Position numbers and translations under genes: made by a program | In this document: positions 50,444 to 64,000 of the stretch, one piece after another | Numbering within the stretch: position 1 is the first letter of the stretch | Layout: each line of letters starts with the position of its first letter | The notes under the pieces: model-generated | Told to the model about the DNA's origin: nothing | Databases searched by the model: none | The model's input: the letters and a program-made list of their open reading frames with translations, nothing else | DNA from: Octopus sinensis | Taxonomy: Eukaryota | DNA length: 64,000 nucleotides | Direction: 5' to 3' | Assembly (NCBI RefSeq): GCF_006345805.1 | Contig: NC_043000.1 | Coordinates: 113,460,001-113,524,000 of the forward strand

Positions 50444-50555
50444 TTTTTATACATATAGAGTCTGACGAGTAGACAGATCGTCAGACTCTATATGTATAAA
50501 AAGTCTGTCCACAAGGCTTGGCTTTCTGGTAGCGAAACCTTGGGTAACTCTATAT
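50444..50555 (+). ncRNA. Putative type I hammerhead ribozyme overlapping a perfect 25-bp hairpin
   Basis: Stem I ATATAGAGT (50453-50461)/ACTCTATAT (50547-50555), CTGACGA (50462-50468), GAAA (50534-50537), stem III ACC/GGT, cleavage triplet GTA (50544-50546). Confidence 0.6.
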
Positions 50556-50866
50556 AAAATTTTGCCCACAGAAACGTTAGCACGGCGAGTGAAATGCTTA
50601 GCGGTATTTCATCTGACTTTACGTCCTAAGTTCAAATTCAGTCGAGGTCGACTTTGTCATTCATCCTTTCGTGGGGGACTATAATTAATTACCAGTTGTG
50701 TACTGGGTTGATCTAATTGACTGGCACCCTCCCTCAAAATTTCGGGCCTTGTGCCTAGAGTAGAAACGAATATATATATATAGATATATATAATATATAT
50801 ATATATATATAATATATATATATATAATATATATATATATATTATATATATATGCATACATATAAA

Positions 50867-51349
50867 CCAGGATTGGCGCTACGCAGCAGGGGCACTAAAA
50901 TAGTGGAGGCGACGAACAGCTTTCGTAGAATTTTCTAATCTGATTAAGAACACAAAATATTAGTAATAAAGAGAGTAGCTGTGGTCACTCCAAGAACGAA
51001 AATGGCCGGAGGACATAAGGCGGATTCGGGAAAGGTTGGTTTGATGCTATGATATGGGAAGAGGTTTGGAGTAAAATATTTCAAATTTTGCCCCATATTA
51101 CATTTACGAACTCATTGATGTACATGATCATAAAACTATAGGTTCCTTTTTAGTAATTTAACCTGATTTTTTCGAGTGTATTTTCCGGCGGGTGAAATGA
51201 GGGTCATAGCTAAAGTATTTTGTAGAAAAAAAAAGGTGAGTCCGTCCTTGTAAGACCGGGAGTAAGGTAGAACATTGTTGTGCTAGGAGAATATAGAGTA
51301 CAGTGTGGGATCAGCCCAAGATGCTGAATAATCTCTGGCACCGGCCCTG
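50867..51349. mobile_element. Possible non-autonomous hAT-like DNA element
   Basis: Imperfect terminal inverted repeats caggattggcgc / gcaccggccctg between TA-rich flanks. Confidence 0.3.
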
Positions 51350-53083
51350 AATATATATAGGATTTAGAAATATATGATTAATGCAAAATATTTCGACTAA
51401 TGTAACCTGGAGTATCATACCACCACAATGTACTCGATAAATATTTAGTAAATTAAAGATATATTTAAAACTGGGTCATAGAAAATACAGAAAAGGGGTC
51501 ACTGGTCTCAATTAACTAACTGAAGTTACCACCCGAACTAGACAACTAGTTGGTGTAGTATTTAGATTGTTCAGCTCATGTTCATTAGGCCAATATTTCA
51601 GTCCCTGCACCGAGCAGCGTGTTATGTCCTTCATTTCAAGGCTTTAGTTCATTCAGCTCCAAACGCGTATCTTTCCATCAGTGACTGTGTCACATTGCGG
51701 ATGTTCCCCTGGGTCAACAGAGACGAAGCCGAGACGGTGTCTATGTCTGCTCGCGACTAAATGGGTACCTAAAGCAATTAACGAAAGAATGGTACATGTC
51801 ATCGTAATACTTCTCCTCGAGTTATGATTGGCTGTAATTTTTTTATTACATTTTATTGTATATACTGGACAAATACGTTGAAGTGATAACCAGCCAAATT
51901 GACTACTAACTGGGCATTGAGCCAAAGTAACAACTGACCGCTGTGACTACCTCTACTGGACAACTCATTAATAACAAGACAGTCTGCACAAGGAATTATC
52001 AACGTTCAGTTTATCGACACTTTATCACATTATTAAGTTAGCGAAGCATATCACATATTATCTAACTCTATCACATTATCGAAGCATATCGCACGAAGTT
52101 GTCTAAGTTTAACACGTTATTAAGTTATCAGAGCATACGAAATATTAAGTTATAAATGTTTATTACATTATTATTAAGTTCCAAATGAAATATAGCAACG
52201 GCAAATTTACCATTTGCCAAACCAAAGAAGTGTTTTGTTTTTTCTGGGCTTTATCTTTTATTTTTTGTGAGGTAGCCCAAGAAGGTGCCAATCGTATTAG
52301 CTGACTTGTCATATTAATACGGTTGGTTCTCAGCTTTCAAAATCTTCAGGTCTATAAGTGCAGCAAAAACGCAAAATGAGTAGAGAAGTTCTGTTCCAAA
52401 TACTAACACCAAACATGTCCTAAGTCAACCCTAAGCAAGAAAGCCCTTTTATCTAAGGACTTTCTTCTGTTGCCGTCCTGCATTTGTTCAAATATGATAT
52501 TTCTTTGAACTCTATATGATATTCTCCATCACGTTCTTCCTTTTTATAAGACAATCGTTGTGACTTGAAAGAGATTTGGCTGCTATCTTTCTGAAGATGA
52601 ACGACCAAATAGAGATTTGTGATGTATTAGGAGTAACACTCCTAAAATTAAAAGTCTTGCACAAAGACTCGTTCCCATGATTACAATAAAATATGAAGAA
52701 TTTTCCTTGTCCTATTTAAGTAGTTTTCCATTTATTTTCTTTTTTCTAATCTGATCAACGCATGGCTACCCTAGTTGTGTGATCGATATGAGGGAGATAT
52801 CGAACAATCAGTCAATCAGTCAATCAACTAGTGTCTTTTCTAGTGCTGTGATCAACATCAGGTAATTATCAAACAATTAAGGATTGTCTATCCTTGTCAT
52901 GTCAGCATCAATCAGATATCAATCAATCAGAGATCAATCAATTCTTATCTTAGTGACCAATATCAACACATATACTACTAGTGACTGTCTATCCTGGTCG
53001 TGTGATCAATACTTAACCCAATATCAATCAGTCACTGGTTGTCTACCGATGTGCTTAACAGCAATCAGATATCAGTCAATCAA

Positions 53084-53487
53084 GTTATTCTTTTCTACTA
53101 TAGGCACAAAGCCCGAAATTCTGTGGGAGAGGCCAGTCGATAAGATCGACCCCAGTACGTAACTGGTACTTAATTTATCGAACCCATAAAGGATGAAAGG
53201 CAATGTCGACCTCGGCGGAATTTTAACTCAGATCGTTAAAAGCAGACGAAATACCTGTTTCTTTACTACCCACAAGGGGCTAAACACAGAGATGACAAAT
53301 AAGGACAGACAAACGGATTAAGTCGATTATATCGACCCCAGTGCGTGACTGGTACTTAATCTATCGACCCCGAAAGTATGAAAAGCAAAGTCGACCTCGG
53401 CGGAATTTGAACTAAGAACGTAACGGCAGACGAAATACGGCTAAGCATTTCGCCCGCTGTGCTAACGTTTCTGCCAGCTCACTGCCT
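53084..53487 (-). mobile_element. SINE family A oligomer with 12-bp TSD and an alternative 3' tail
   Basis: TSD tcagtcaatcaa at 53072-53083 and 53488-53499. The core is present twice; the distal unit ends in the gggctttgtgcctatagtagaaaag-type tail. Confidence 0.9.
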
Positions 53488-54194
53488 TCAGTCAATCAAA
53501 TATTAGTTACAAAATGTGCTGACTCTTATTAATATGAAGATACTTAAATATACTTTAATAACAGATGCGAAGGTCTTTGGCCTAGTGGTTAGAAATGTTG
53601 GACTCCCGATCATAATCTCGCGGTTTCGATTACCGAGCAGCGCATTGTGTTCATGAGCAAAAACTGCATTTTATGATGATTCAGTTTACTCAGCCGAAAA
53701 TATGTGCCAGTAGCTGTTGGGATTTAATCCCACGAACGACAGGTGTCCCGTTCAGGTTACAAGGTTTTGCCCTCAGTCGCTATAGAGGTAATAGAAATCG
53801 AAATGAGGAACAGCCTAATAAGTTTAAAGGTTTTTAACAAACTTTTGGACTTATTTTATACAGCGACAACCATCAATAAAAATGTGTTTTTTTGCCAATA
53901 AAAACCTATTTCAGTGATATATCTCCACCGACTAGTTATTTTTTAATTTTTTTAATTTTTTTATTTTAGCTGCTTAGAATTAAGTCAGCTCTATCAGAGC
54001 TGACCTTTGTTCACAGGAATTCCAGCTGTGACCGTCTTGTCTGTTTTCTTATGTGCTGGGAGTCTAGGAGAACATTACCTAACGTGGCCTTCTTTTCGAA
54101 TCGATAAAGTTGAGCAGGATTTAGCTGCTACATCTAGCAGATAAGCGATCATAATCACATAATATATATGGTTCAACACACACACACACACACA

Positions 54195-54241
<47 letters not shown>

Positions 54242-55203
54242 AACACATACACAATCATAGGAAGTTGGTGGATTGACAGAATCGCTAGATTGACAAAAAT
54301 GTATTGTGGTATTTATAAAAAGGTTATTTTCTGAGTTCAAATACTGTTGCTGTCAATTTAGCCTTTCATCAAGCCATGTCTACTATAGGCACAAGGCTTA
54401 ACAGTTTGGAGAGTAGGAGATAACATCAGCACAACTGGTACTTATATTATCGATCCCGAAAGAATGACAGGCAAATCGACCGCGGTGGTATTTGAACTCA
54501 AAACGTAATTACGGACGAAATGCCGCTAAGCATTTTGCCTGGCGTGCTAACGATACAGCCAGCTCGTCGCTGATAAGATGTATCACAAATAGTTTATGAG
54601 TGAGGTCGGTACGGGAGCTTCTTCCCACTCTCTTTCATGTTTAGGGTATTAAATATCTGATAGACACCATTACAAAGGCTTATTTAATCAATATATAAAA
54701 TACGTTTACAAAACCTTGATCTTGTTTTCACCGGATGAAATTTAGATGCTTCTCGACAAAGCTAAATCTATATGTTTGGCCTAGGAGAAAGATGTGAGAA
54801 AGGAAAACGAACGAATGAAGAAAAAATAAAAAGTTGCAGAAAATAAGAGACAAATGAAAGAAATGAACGGCTGATTGTTAGGGCATTGTGTTAATTAGAC
54901 CAGCATTAACAGCGCATCTGGCAAATTTCCTTCAAATCTATTTCTGAACGTAAGTTGTTTCGACATAGAAAAGTATATATATATATATATAAAACGTTTT
55001 TTTTTTTTCATTCAACAGTCGACGCCATGATTTTTATTTCATTTCCTTTTTTCGTTAATTTTCATATTTGTTTTGTATTTGTGGATTTGGCTGTGTGGTA
55101 AGAAGTATGCTTCCGGGCTCAGTTCCATCAGGTGGAACCTTCATCAAGTGTCTTCTATAGCCTCGGTACGATTTGGGAGGAAGAAACTGCGAGAAGCTCG
55201 TCG

Positions 55204-55242
<39 letters not shown>

Positions 55243-55334
55243 ATATACATGCACACAATCATACTTTTAAATCCATCTGTGTGTATATATGTATGTATAT
55301 ATATATGCAAATATGTGTGTATATATATGTGTCT

Positions 55335-55379
<45 letters not shown>

Positions 55380-56201
55380 GCATGGTGCTTTTATCCTTCG
55401 GTAGAATTACCATTATCTGAAAAACCTCCAAATATTGATATTATTTCGAGTTAAAGAACGACGCAGAATATGGAAAATTCCAGTAGGGTTGCGGGAGGCT
55501 CTCTGGAAATATACAGCTGTTGCGATCTACGCGTTGAAGCCATTAATTGTTGATTGTAAAATCATTCTCCCTTTTTTAAGCGAAAACTAAAGTGAACCAA
55601 ACCACCGCCATATTTCTGTTAACTATTTTCATGAAATCCGCATGTCCCACAACAAGGGGTCTTCTTTTACTGGATAAACATTGCGGCCCGTTTGTAAAAA
55701 AAAAAAAAAAAAGAGCCCTATATCGTAGGGGTGGCTGTTGCAAGAATGTCTTTGGCCATTCTCCGCGTCAACGCCTTTACAATCATATCCGCGAGTTGCG
55801 GTTAAACACATCATTTGCTCTGAGGAACACAACCTGTTACTCCGATCCGTATTTTCTGCTGCCTAATTCTGCTCCCCACCTTTCAAAGTGATGCTATCTG
55901 AACATTACAAAATGCGTTAGAATTCTTTAGCAAAAATGAATATTTTCTTCGTATATAGCAACCAACAGTATAAATATCTTAAATTTACGGATTACATTAC
56001 ATAATATAAATAAATATATGCGTGCGTGTGTGTGTAATGGCGCGTAGTCTAGTGAGTAAGGGTGATTTTGTGGTTTCGATTCTCAGACCGGGTTATGTGG
56101 AGTGTTCTTGAGCAAAAAACTTCATTTCACGTTTGGCCCAGTCCATTCAGCTGTAAACGGGTACCTCTGCCTTCCTACCAGGGCGAAGGTTGGCCTGTTC
56201 A

Positions 56202-56244
<43 letters not shown>

Positions 56245-56287
56245 GTGTGTGTGTGCATGTGTTGGATTCATATGTATGCAAACATAT

Positions 56288-56323
<36 letters not shown>

Positions 56324-56863
56324 ATATATATGCATACACATGCTCGTGCGCACTAGCTTATACTGATGTATAACGCATATGATTGCTGACTCCAGGCTGA
56401 CGTGACGCGAAACAGAAACAACAGCAACAACAACAATATCAGGACTATAACCAAACAACCATTTAAATTCCATCAATAACAGGAAATTCTGAAGAATTAT
56501 TAATGAATCGCAGATCGATACAAATTATTTAGTGTTGCCATAGTAACGGCCATTTGCATAGTCGGCATGCCTTTGTAGTTGGTAACTCATTTTTTTTTTT
56601 GTCAGGAATTGCAAGATGTCTGGGTCATTAACTGGGTGATTAATGGCTGCTTACGCGCGCGCACGTGTGTGTGTGTGTATGTGCATGTGCGTGTGTGAGT
56701 GTGTGTGTGTGTGTGCGTTTGTGTATGCTCTTCGTTATGTGAGGATTATTACAAGCACACATATGTGCCGCTGGGCTGGGGTGCCTCGATTATGTGGGGA
56801 TAGGGATTTAATACAAATGCATTGTGATTTCAGTGGATATATATGTGTATATGTATGTATATT

Positions 56864-56897
<34 letters not shown>

Positions 56898-57477
56898 CTT
56901 GGTATATATATATATATATTATATATATATATGTATATATAAGGATTAAATGCATTTTTGCATAAGTGCGTATATATGTGTGCGTATGCATATGTGTGTG
57001 TATACACACTTATAAATGCAAAAATGCATTTAATCATGTGTGCGTGCATGTCAAAACGCACACACGCATACACACACACACACACGCACACACACACACA
57101 CAGACGCACTCGCACACATTTACACATTCCGACACTACATATGCACGCGTGTGCACGCGCGTGCGTGCGTGTATGTATGTGTGTAATGGTTGTTTTCGCC
57201 AAAGCGGAAACTTTGTCTAACTGTAACGAGACCTATTTATCGAAGACATGATATTAGATTGAATAAGGAACGAGGCCAAGTAATAAGGTCTCCTTCTTCT
57301 GTCGCCATATTCTCTGCGTATCTGTGTGTGTGTAATTTTGTAATGTTTATGTATATATTATACATATGTGCGTGTGTGTGTGTATTACGTAGATATATTT
57401 GTATATTATATATATATCTATATATATATAATTATATATATATATATATATTATATATATATATATATATACACCTT

Positions 57478-57855
57478 TTACTTGTTTTAGTCATTTGACT
57501 GCGGCCATGCTGGAGCACCACCTTTAGTCGAGCAATCGACTCCGGACTTATTCTTTGTAAGCCCAGTACTTATTCTAATCGGTCTCTTTTTGCCGAGCCG
57601 CTAGTGACGGGGACGTAACACACACCATCATCGGTTGTCAAGCAATGCTAGGGGGACAAACACAGACACACCAAACAACACACATACATATACATATATA
57701 CGACAGGCTTCTTTCAGTTTCCGTCTACCAAATCGACTCACAAGGCATTGGTCGGTCCGGGGCTATAGCAGAAGGCACTTGCCCAAGATGCCACGCAGTG
57801 GGACTGAACCCGGAACCACGTGGTTGGTTAGCAAGCTACTTACCACACAGCCACA
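57478..57855 (-). mobile_element. SINE family B
   Basis: Full head-to-tail reverse complement of the family B sequence. Confidence 0.9.
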
Positions 57856-57980
57856 TTACTATATATAAGATGTGTATGTATTTATATATGTATATCTATT
57901 CATTATCTATTTATCTTTCTCTCTCTCTCTCTTTCTTTCCCCCCTCTCTCTCTCTTACCTATTTAGCAATATATCCATCA

Positions 57981-58012
<32 letters not shown>

Positions 58013-58162
58013 TTGTGCATTTATATATTTGTATGTATATATCTATCTATATATATATTTATACAAATAAGGATGAGATCGATATATAAATACCGATCTT
58101 ATCAGGTGGCCAGCATGGGAATAAAAAGAATAAAAACCTTTCAAAAGTAATAATTATTTATA

Positions 58163-58343
58163 ATTATAATTTAGGGTATCTGAGAGATACCACCATGCTG
58201 GAAATAGCAGCCAAAACTTGACTCTAAAGTGTATGAACATTGCACTCTCCTGGTGCTGTATGAATATTTAATGCGGCTTTAGAGTCAAGTTTTGACTGCT
58301 ATTTCCAGCGTGATGGTATCTCTTAGATATCCTAAATTATAAT
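58163..58343. repeat. Foldback inverted repeat, 67-bp arms, 47-bp spacer
   Basis: 58163-58229 versus 58277-58343: 62 of 67 positions complementary. Confidence 0.95.
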
Positions 58344-58357
58344 ATATATATATAGAC

Positions 58358-58401
<44 letters not shown>

Positions 58402-58596
58402 GAGGGGAGACTCGAACACACACACACATACACACTTTGCATTTTAATTTTTGCGTCTTCTTTTTTATAAATGGTTTTACAAATTATATTAAATTATATA
58501 TATATATGCGTGTTTGTTGTTCATGTAATTAGTCTACGCGTTTTCATTTGTGCATGTGTGCCTGTGTGTATGTGTGTGAATCTACGCGTTTTCATC

Positions 58597-58628
<32 letters not shown>

Positions 58629-59149
58629 TTTTCTTTTTTAACCGTAAGCGGGTCGAACGTTGTTAAGTCTCGTACCGTTATTCCTATTCCATAAAAAACG
58701 AATGTTCGTTTTTGGCTGGTGAAACACAAAAGATAATTGACAAAAATAGAATTCATTTCTGCTAATATAGCAATTAGATGTTAGTAGCTCAACACAAACA
58801 AGAGAAGTTTAGGCAAGACAATAAGCCGTATGTTAATTTGGAATGCATTAACTGGTAATGGAAAGTCTATGGCGGCTGTGTGCATGCATGTGTGTGTGTG
58901 TGTTTATGAGAGAAAGCGCGAGAGAGGGGGGCGAAGAGGTGAGTGTGGTGGGTGAGAGCAGGAAATTTCAATGGGAGATGTAAATATAAACGGTTTTTTT
59001 CTGTTTTTTTTTTGTTTTGTTTTGAGGTTGGTGTTCGGGCTGTCTAAAAACGAAACTGAAAGTAGCGATAAATAATAGATACAAATTTAATTGGCATGCG
59101 AGACAGGAAACCGACATTATTGTAATGGAGCCAACGACGTAACCTATAT

Positions 59150-59202
59150 CTTTGGGTTCAAATTGCTAGATATAGCAGTGAAATCTTCCTCTTCCTCACA
59201 TC

Positions 59203-59247
<45 letters not shown>

Positions 59248-59447
59248 TTTATTTATTTAGAATATAATTCACATTGTATAAAGTGTATTGCTATCGAACT
59301 AGTCAAGTGACCTACGAGGTCTGGGTTCAAATTGTTAGATATAACAGTCAAATCTTCCTCACATCAATATATATAATTATTAATTTATTTAGAATGTAAG
59401 TCACATTGTATAAATGTGTATTGCTATCGAACTAGTCAAGTGACCAA
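59150..59447. repeat. Tandem duplication (~125-165 bp unit, length differs by the TA tract)
   Basis: tgggttcaaattg.tagatata.cagt.aaatcttcctc...cacattgtataaa.gtgtattgctatcgaactagtcaagtgacc occurs twice. Confidence 0.9.
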
Positions 59448-59978
59448 CGTCGTCATTAAACCGGGTAGAAACTGCAGCTACCCAATCTCACTCAACTTTC
59501 AAACTTCGGTCCGGGAAGAATGGATGCATTTTTCTCTTCGCTATCGTGTAGATCAGTGTTTGTGTTTTGCCTCTGTACCCTTTTGATCCCTATTTTATTC
59601 CCCTGGACCCTCATAACCATTCGATGTTTCAAAAATCGTTTTATATTTTCGTAAATGAATATTATTAGGAACTGCTTAAAAAAAAAATCCTTAAAATATT
59701 TTGTGTATTGTCGAAGTATAAACGATTTATTGCGCATATATTTTAGCAATAAAATCTTATGTGGAAACCTCAAGGATCATGTTGGTCCTTGTTTAGAAAC
59801 TCTGGTGTACATGGAAAACAACATAAAAGAAAAGTGATGGACATGATTGGCGTACATTTCCATCACATGTCTGATTACCTGCAGCTGAGCTGGAACTAAG
59901 CAAGAACTCGTACAACATAACGCTGTCTGAATACATAGCTATATAATTTTTTGAAAAACCAGAAAAAATAGATGTATA

Positions 59979-60210
59979 TATTTCTTTATTGCCCACAAGG
60001 GGCTAAACATAGAGGGGACAAACAAGGACAGACAAACGCATTAAGTCGATTACATCGACCCCAGTGCGTAACTGGTACTTTATTTATCAACCCAGAAAGG
60101 ATGAAAGGCAAAGTCGACCTCGGCGGAATTTGAACTCAGAACGTAACGGCAGACGAAATACGTCTACGCATTTCGCCCGGCGTGCTAATGTTTCTGTCAG
60201 CTCGCCGCCT
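59979..60210 (-). mobile_element. SINE family A monomer with ~17-bp TSD
   Basis: TSD gaaaaa(a/t)tagatgtata at 59962-59978 and 60215-60231. Confidence 0.88.
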
Positions 60211-60879
60211 TCCGGAAAAATTAGATGTATAGTTACAGTGGAATGTGCTTTTGTTTTTTTATTGAAAACGCTCTATTTCAATTTTCGATTTGTAGCTAAC
60301 ATGATTACTATAGAGATAGTATCGATTTTTTACCAAGAGTTATGTGGAAGTAGATATTACAAGGGCAAGTTCACGAATGAAGCTATTTCAATGGGCAACC
60401 TTGAAATTATGTCGCCACCGGCCGGGTAGATCGTTCCTGTTGCCTAGAGCCAGATGTGAGCCAGATGTAACCCGTTGCCCTGTTTAACACCCGGGTTGCT
60501 TGTTGTAGAATGCATTCATCTGAAAGTAGCTTGACGATGTCTCCAGTCTAGCGATTTCTCATGACTTGTGGCTCCCGATTCGGTCAATGCACCGTCCTAG
60601 AAAGAGTAATATTAATGATGTTTGTTCCGGATTCGACGTTCAGAATTCGCTTCAAAACGACGTTAATGTCTGACTATCAAATACCATTCACTAGGGCGCC
60701 AGCAATGAAGTGGGGAGAAGAGACTCACTACAGTAGCTATTACTTGAGATGCGACCACCTCTTCGTAATAGTAATAAATGGCTAAATATATATATTTTAA
60801 TAAATATAGAAATAAAATTAAACAATACACAAACATATATGTGTGTGTTGTCTCTGTCAACAATATTCTTAGTTTTTTA

Positions 60880-61250
60880 CTCTTTTGCTTGTTTCAGTCA
60901 TTTGACTGCGGTCATGCTGGAGCACCGCCTTTAGTCGAGCAAATCTACCCCAGAGCTTATTCTTCGTAGGCCTAGTACTTATTCTATCGGATATCTTTTG
61001 CCGAACCGCTAGGCAACGAGGACGTAAACACGCCATCATCGGTTGTCAAGCGATGTTCACACTCACATACATATCTATAAATATACATATAAGACGGGCT
61101 TCTTTCAGTTTCCGTCTACCAAATCCACTCACAAGGCTTTGGTTGGCCCGAGAGTATAATAGAAGACACTTGCCCAAGGTGCCACGCTGTGGGACTAAAC
61201 CCCGAACCATATGGTTGTTAAGCAAGCTTACTGCCACACAGCCACGCCTA
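60880..61250 (-). mobile_element. SINE family B
   Basis: Full reverse-complement copy. Confidence 0.9.
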
Positions 61251-61260
61251 AATACACACA

Positions 61261-61302
<42 letters not shown>

Positions 61303-61707
61303 ACACACACACACACACACACAAACACAAACACACATGAACTCCCTAGCAATGAGGGAAGGCAAATTTACAGGGATAGACAAGGACTCAGTGCCAGTGT
61401 GAGGGAGGATTAATCTTACTCTTCTAGAATTCTGTTATTCTGCTATTCTTTCATTCTTTCATTCTTTTAATAGTTTCAGTCGTAGGACTGCGGCCATGCT
61501 GGATCACCGCCTTAATTTATTTTCCTATCGGTTTTGTTGTCGCTTTACGGCAGGAAGTTGGTCTATGACAGAGTCTGTAGCAGCTGTTCTTCCCTCGGTG
61601 TATCCTTGAATGGTTGACTAATCCGGAATGGTTACGGTACTCCGGAACGGTACTCTGTACTTTGATTTGGTGACGTTTGAGAATTAACATCAGCGAAACC
61701 CTAACAC

Positions 61708-61746
<39 letters not shown>

Positions 61747-62461
61747 CAGAAATCCTTGTTCCTATTATGTTTCATATCTTAGAAGATTTATTTTCTCTTC
61801 CAACCACCCCGCCACCCGCCTTACACCACTACCACCACCACCACCACCACCAACATCCTCTCCAGTCCCATCAGCCATTCTTTCTCTCGTTATTTGTCTT
61901 TCTTCCCCATCATTCCACCACCACCACCACCATCACCACCACCATCACCACCACTCCCACTACCGCCGGCCATTTTACATTAAAAAAAATATCTAGATTT
62001 TGCTCCTGTCGTATTTTTTTTTATATTTTGTTTGATTTCATTATATATTTTTATATTTTAATTTATAGTAATTTCATTGTCTCTTGCTGGATCTGGTTGT
62101 TGTTGTTGTTGTTAGTAGTAATGGTCATGGTGGTGGTGGTGGTGGTGATGTATTCGCCGTTCTTGTAGTAGATTCCTTCGTCTTCGGCGTCATGGAGAGA
62201 GCCAGACGCCCAGACAGACAGACAGACAGACAGGCAAGGCAGGCAGACAGACAGACTGTCTCCCTCACTCATTAACAAAACTTGATTGACTGCATGCCTG
62301 TGCGTCTGTGCGTCTGCGCGACTGATTTATCTGTCCGCCTGTCTGCCTGTCTGTCTGTCTCTGCCTGACAGCTTGTCTGTGTGTCACTCAGTCTCTTTCG
62401 CTCTGTTCCCTTTATCCCCACCCCCTTACACCAAACTCCCTTCCCCACCACCCCACTACTA

Positions 62462-62504
<43 letters not shown>

Positions 62505-62734
62505 CATGTTATCCATGTCGGATGCCTAAAAATAGAGCAGGCTCCATTCATCATATTAGGAATGCATCGGCTTTTGTTTTGGAGGACAATTTTTTTTTTA
62601 TACTCATCGGATCTGATCACGTCTTCTTGAAAGGGTTTGCTTTGTTGTTCTTGGTGGTGGTGGTGCTGCTGCTGCTGCTGCTCTTATTGGTGATGGTGGT
62701 GGTGGTTGAGATTCTTTTTATTCTTTTATTCTTT

Positions 62735-63132
62735 TACTTGCTTCAGTCATTTGACTGCGGCCAGGCTGGAGCACTGCCTTTTAGTCGAACAAATCGAGCC
62801 CAGGACTTAGTTCTTTGTAAGCCTAGTACTCATTCTGTCGGCCTCTTTTGCCGAACCGTTAAGGTAATGGGACGTAAACACACCGTCACCGGTTTTCAAG
62901 CGATGGTTGGGAACAAACACAGACACACAAACGCACACACATACACACATATATACGTGTATATATATATGTGTGTGTGTGTGTGTGCATGTATGTATGT
63001 ATGTATTATGTATACGACGGGATTCTTTCAGTTTCTGAGGCAATAGTAGAAGATACTTGACCAAGGTGCCACGCAGTGGGACCGAAACTGGAACAATGTG
63101 GTTGGAAAGCAAGCTTCTTACCACACAGCCAC
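62735..63132 (-). mobile_element. SINE family B
   Basis: Reverse-complement copy with a partial head deletion. Confidence 0.88.
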
Positions 63133-63341
63133 TCCTATTCGTATTGTTATCTTCATCGATGTTGTTTTCTCAACCGGGGTCCAAGAGACCCTTGAAGGTC
63201 CCATGCACGATCCTTTGGCGGGGGGTTCACAAGCTAAAAAGGAAACTAGAGAGCCACAGTGGTATTTTAAAGATCCATGGAACAATTTTGCTTTAGATAT
63301 ATCTATTACGAGGAACAACTGGGCTTCTTTCTCTAGGCGCA

Positions 63342-63502
63342 TGCGTGGCTGTGTGGTAAGTAGTTTGCTTACCAACCACATGATTCCGGGTTCAGTCCCA
63401 CTGCGTGGCAACTTGGGCAAGTGTCTTCTACTATAGCCTCGGACCGACTAAAGGCGGTGCTCCATCATGGCTGCAGTCAAATGACTGAAACAAGTAAAAG
63501 AG
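63342..63502 (+). mobile_element. SINE family B, internally deleted
   Basis: Head joined directly to tail at the cgac(c/t)aaag microhomology. Confidence 0.85.
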
Positions 63503-64000
63503 TAACGTTTTACGAAGTTCATTGAATTTTCTGTCAAAAGAACGTTGTCCCCTCGCGGAATTCTATTGCGGGCCTATACAAATGAATGGATAAATAACAA
63601 AATAGGAATTTTGAAAGAAATATCTATAAAACTTACGGAGATGTACTTGCATAGCGAGTGACCTTATTTGAGATCGTGTGCTGGAGCGAAAACAATTGCA
63701 GCATGGAAGGTGTTTATAAGCCATTTGAAAACACAAAACAACCATTGAATTCACTGACAAAATTCCGTGCTGCACGAAATTTTGTCAGGGAACAAGTCGC
63801 GGTCTGAAAGCGACAAAAATATTTTGGCAAAATAAATTTAAATGTTGAAGTGAATCTAACGGTTTCTGTGTATATTTAAATGGTTTATAAAAATCTATAA
63901 AACTATTTTTTTAAGTATTGAATGGCTAGGCCATCAAAGGGACCCATAGATAAATCCTTGAAGATCCGTTGTTTTAGGGTCTAATATTTAGACAACCGAA

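Overview
Repeat-dense eukaryotic DNA with no recognisable host protein-coding exon. The SINE families and very high (TA)/(CA)/(GATA)/(AAT) microsatellite load suggest an octopus or related cephalopod (inference). There is a 100-N assembly gap at 49968-50067. Main features: (1) a near full-length Tx1/L1-clade LINE on the minus strand (about 29390-23181) inside a (GATA)n microsatellite, beside a truncated older copy; (2) three abundant tRNA-headed SINE families, one sharing its 3' end with that LINE and carrying 12-20 bp target-site duplications (TSDs); (3) decayed Penelope-like (RT + GIY-YIG), CR1-like, RTE-like and Tc1/mariner remnants; (4) a U6 snRNA copy fused to a retroelement-type 3' tail; (5) several hammerhead-ribozyme-like motifs. 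The strongest candidate for an undescribed system is a ~742-bp tandem array (10571-13075). Each unit carries hammerhead core elements (AUC site, GAAA, CUGAUGA, stems I and III) in a non-canonical strand order. A diverged monomer at 19.6-20.3 kb shows compensatory base changes in the same stems, which fits a retrozyme-like element with a permuted or trans-acting hammerhead. Stem II is imperfect and no activity is shown. All folds and alignments were done by eye.
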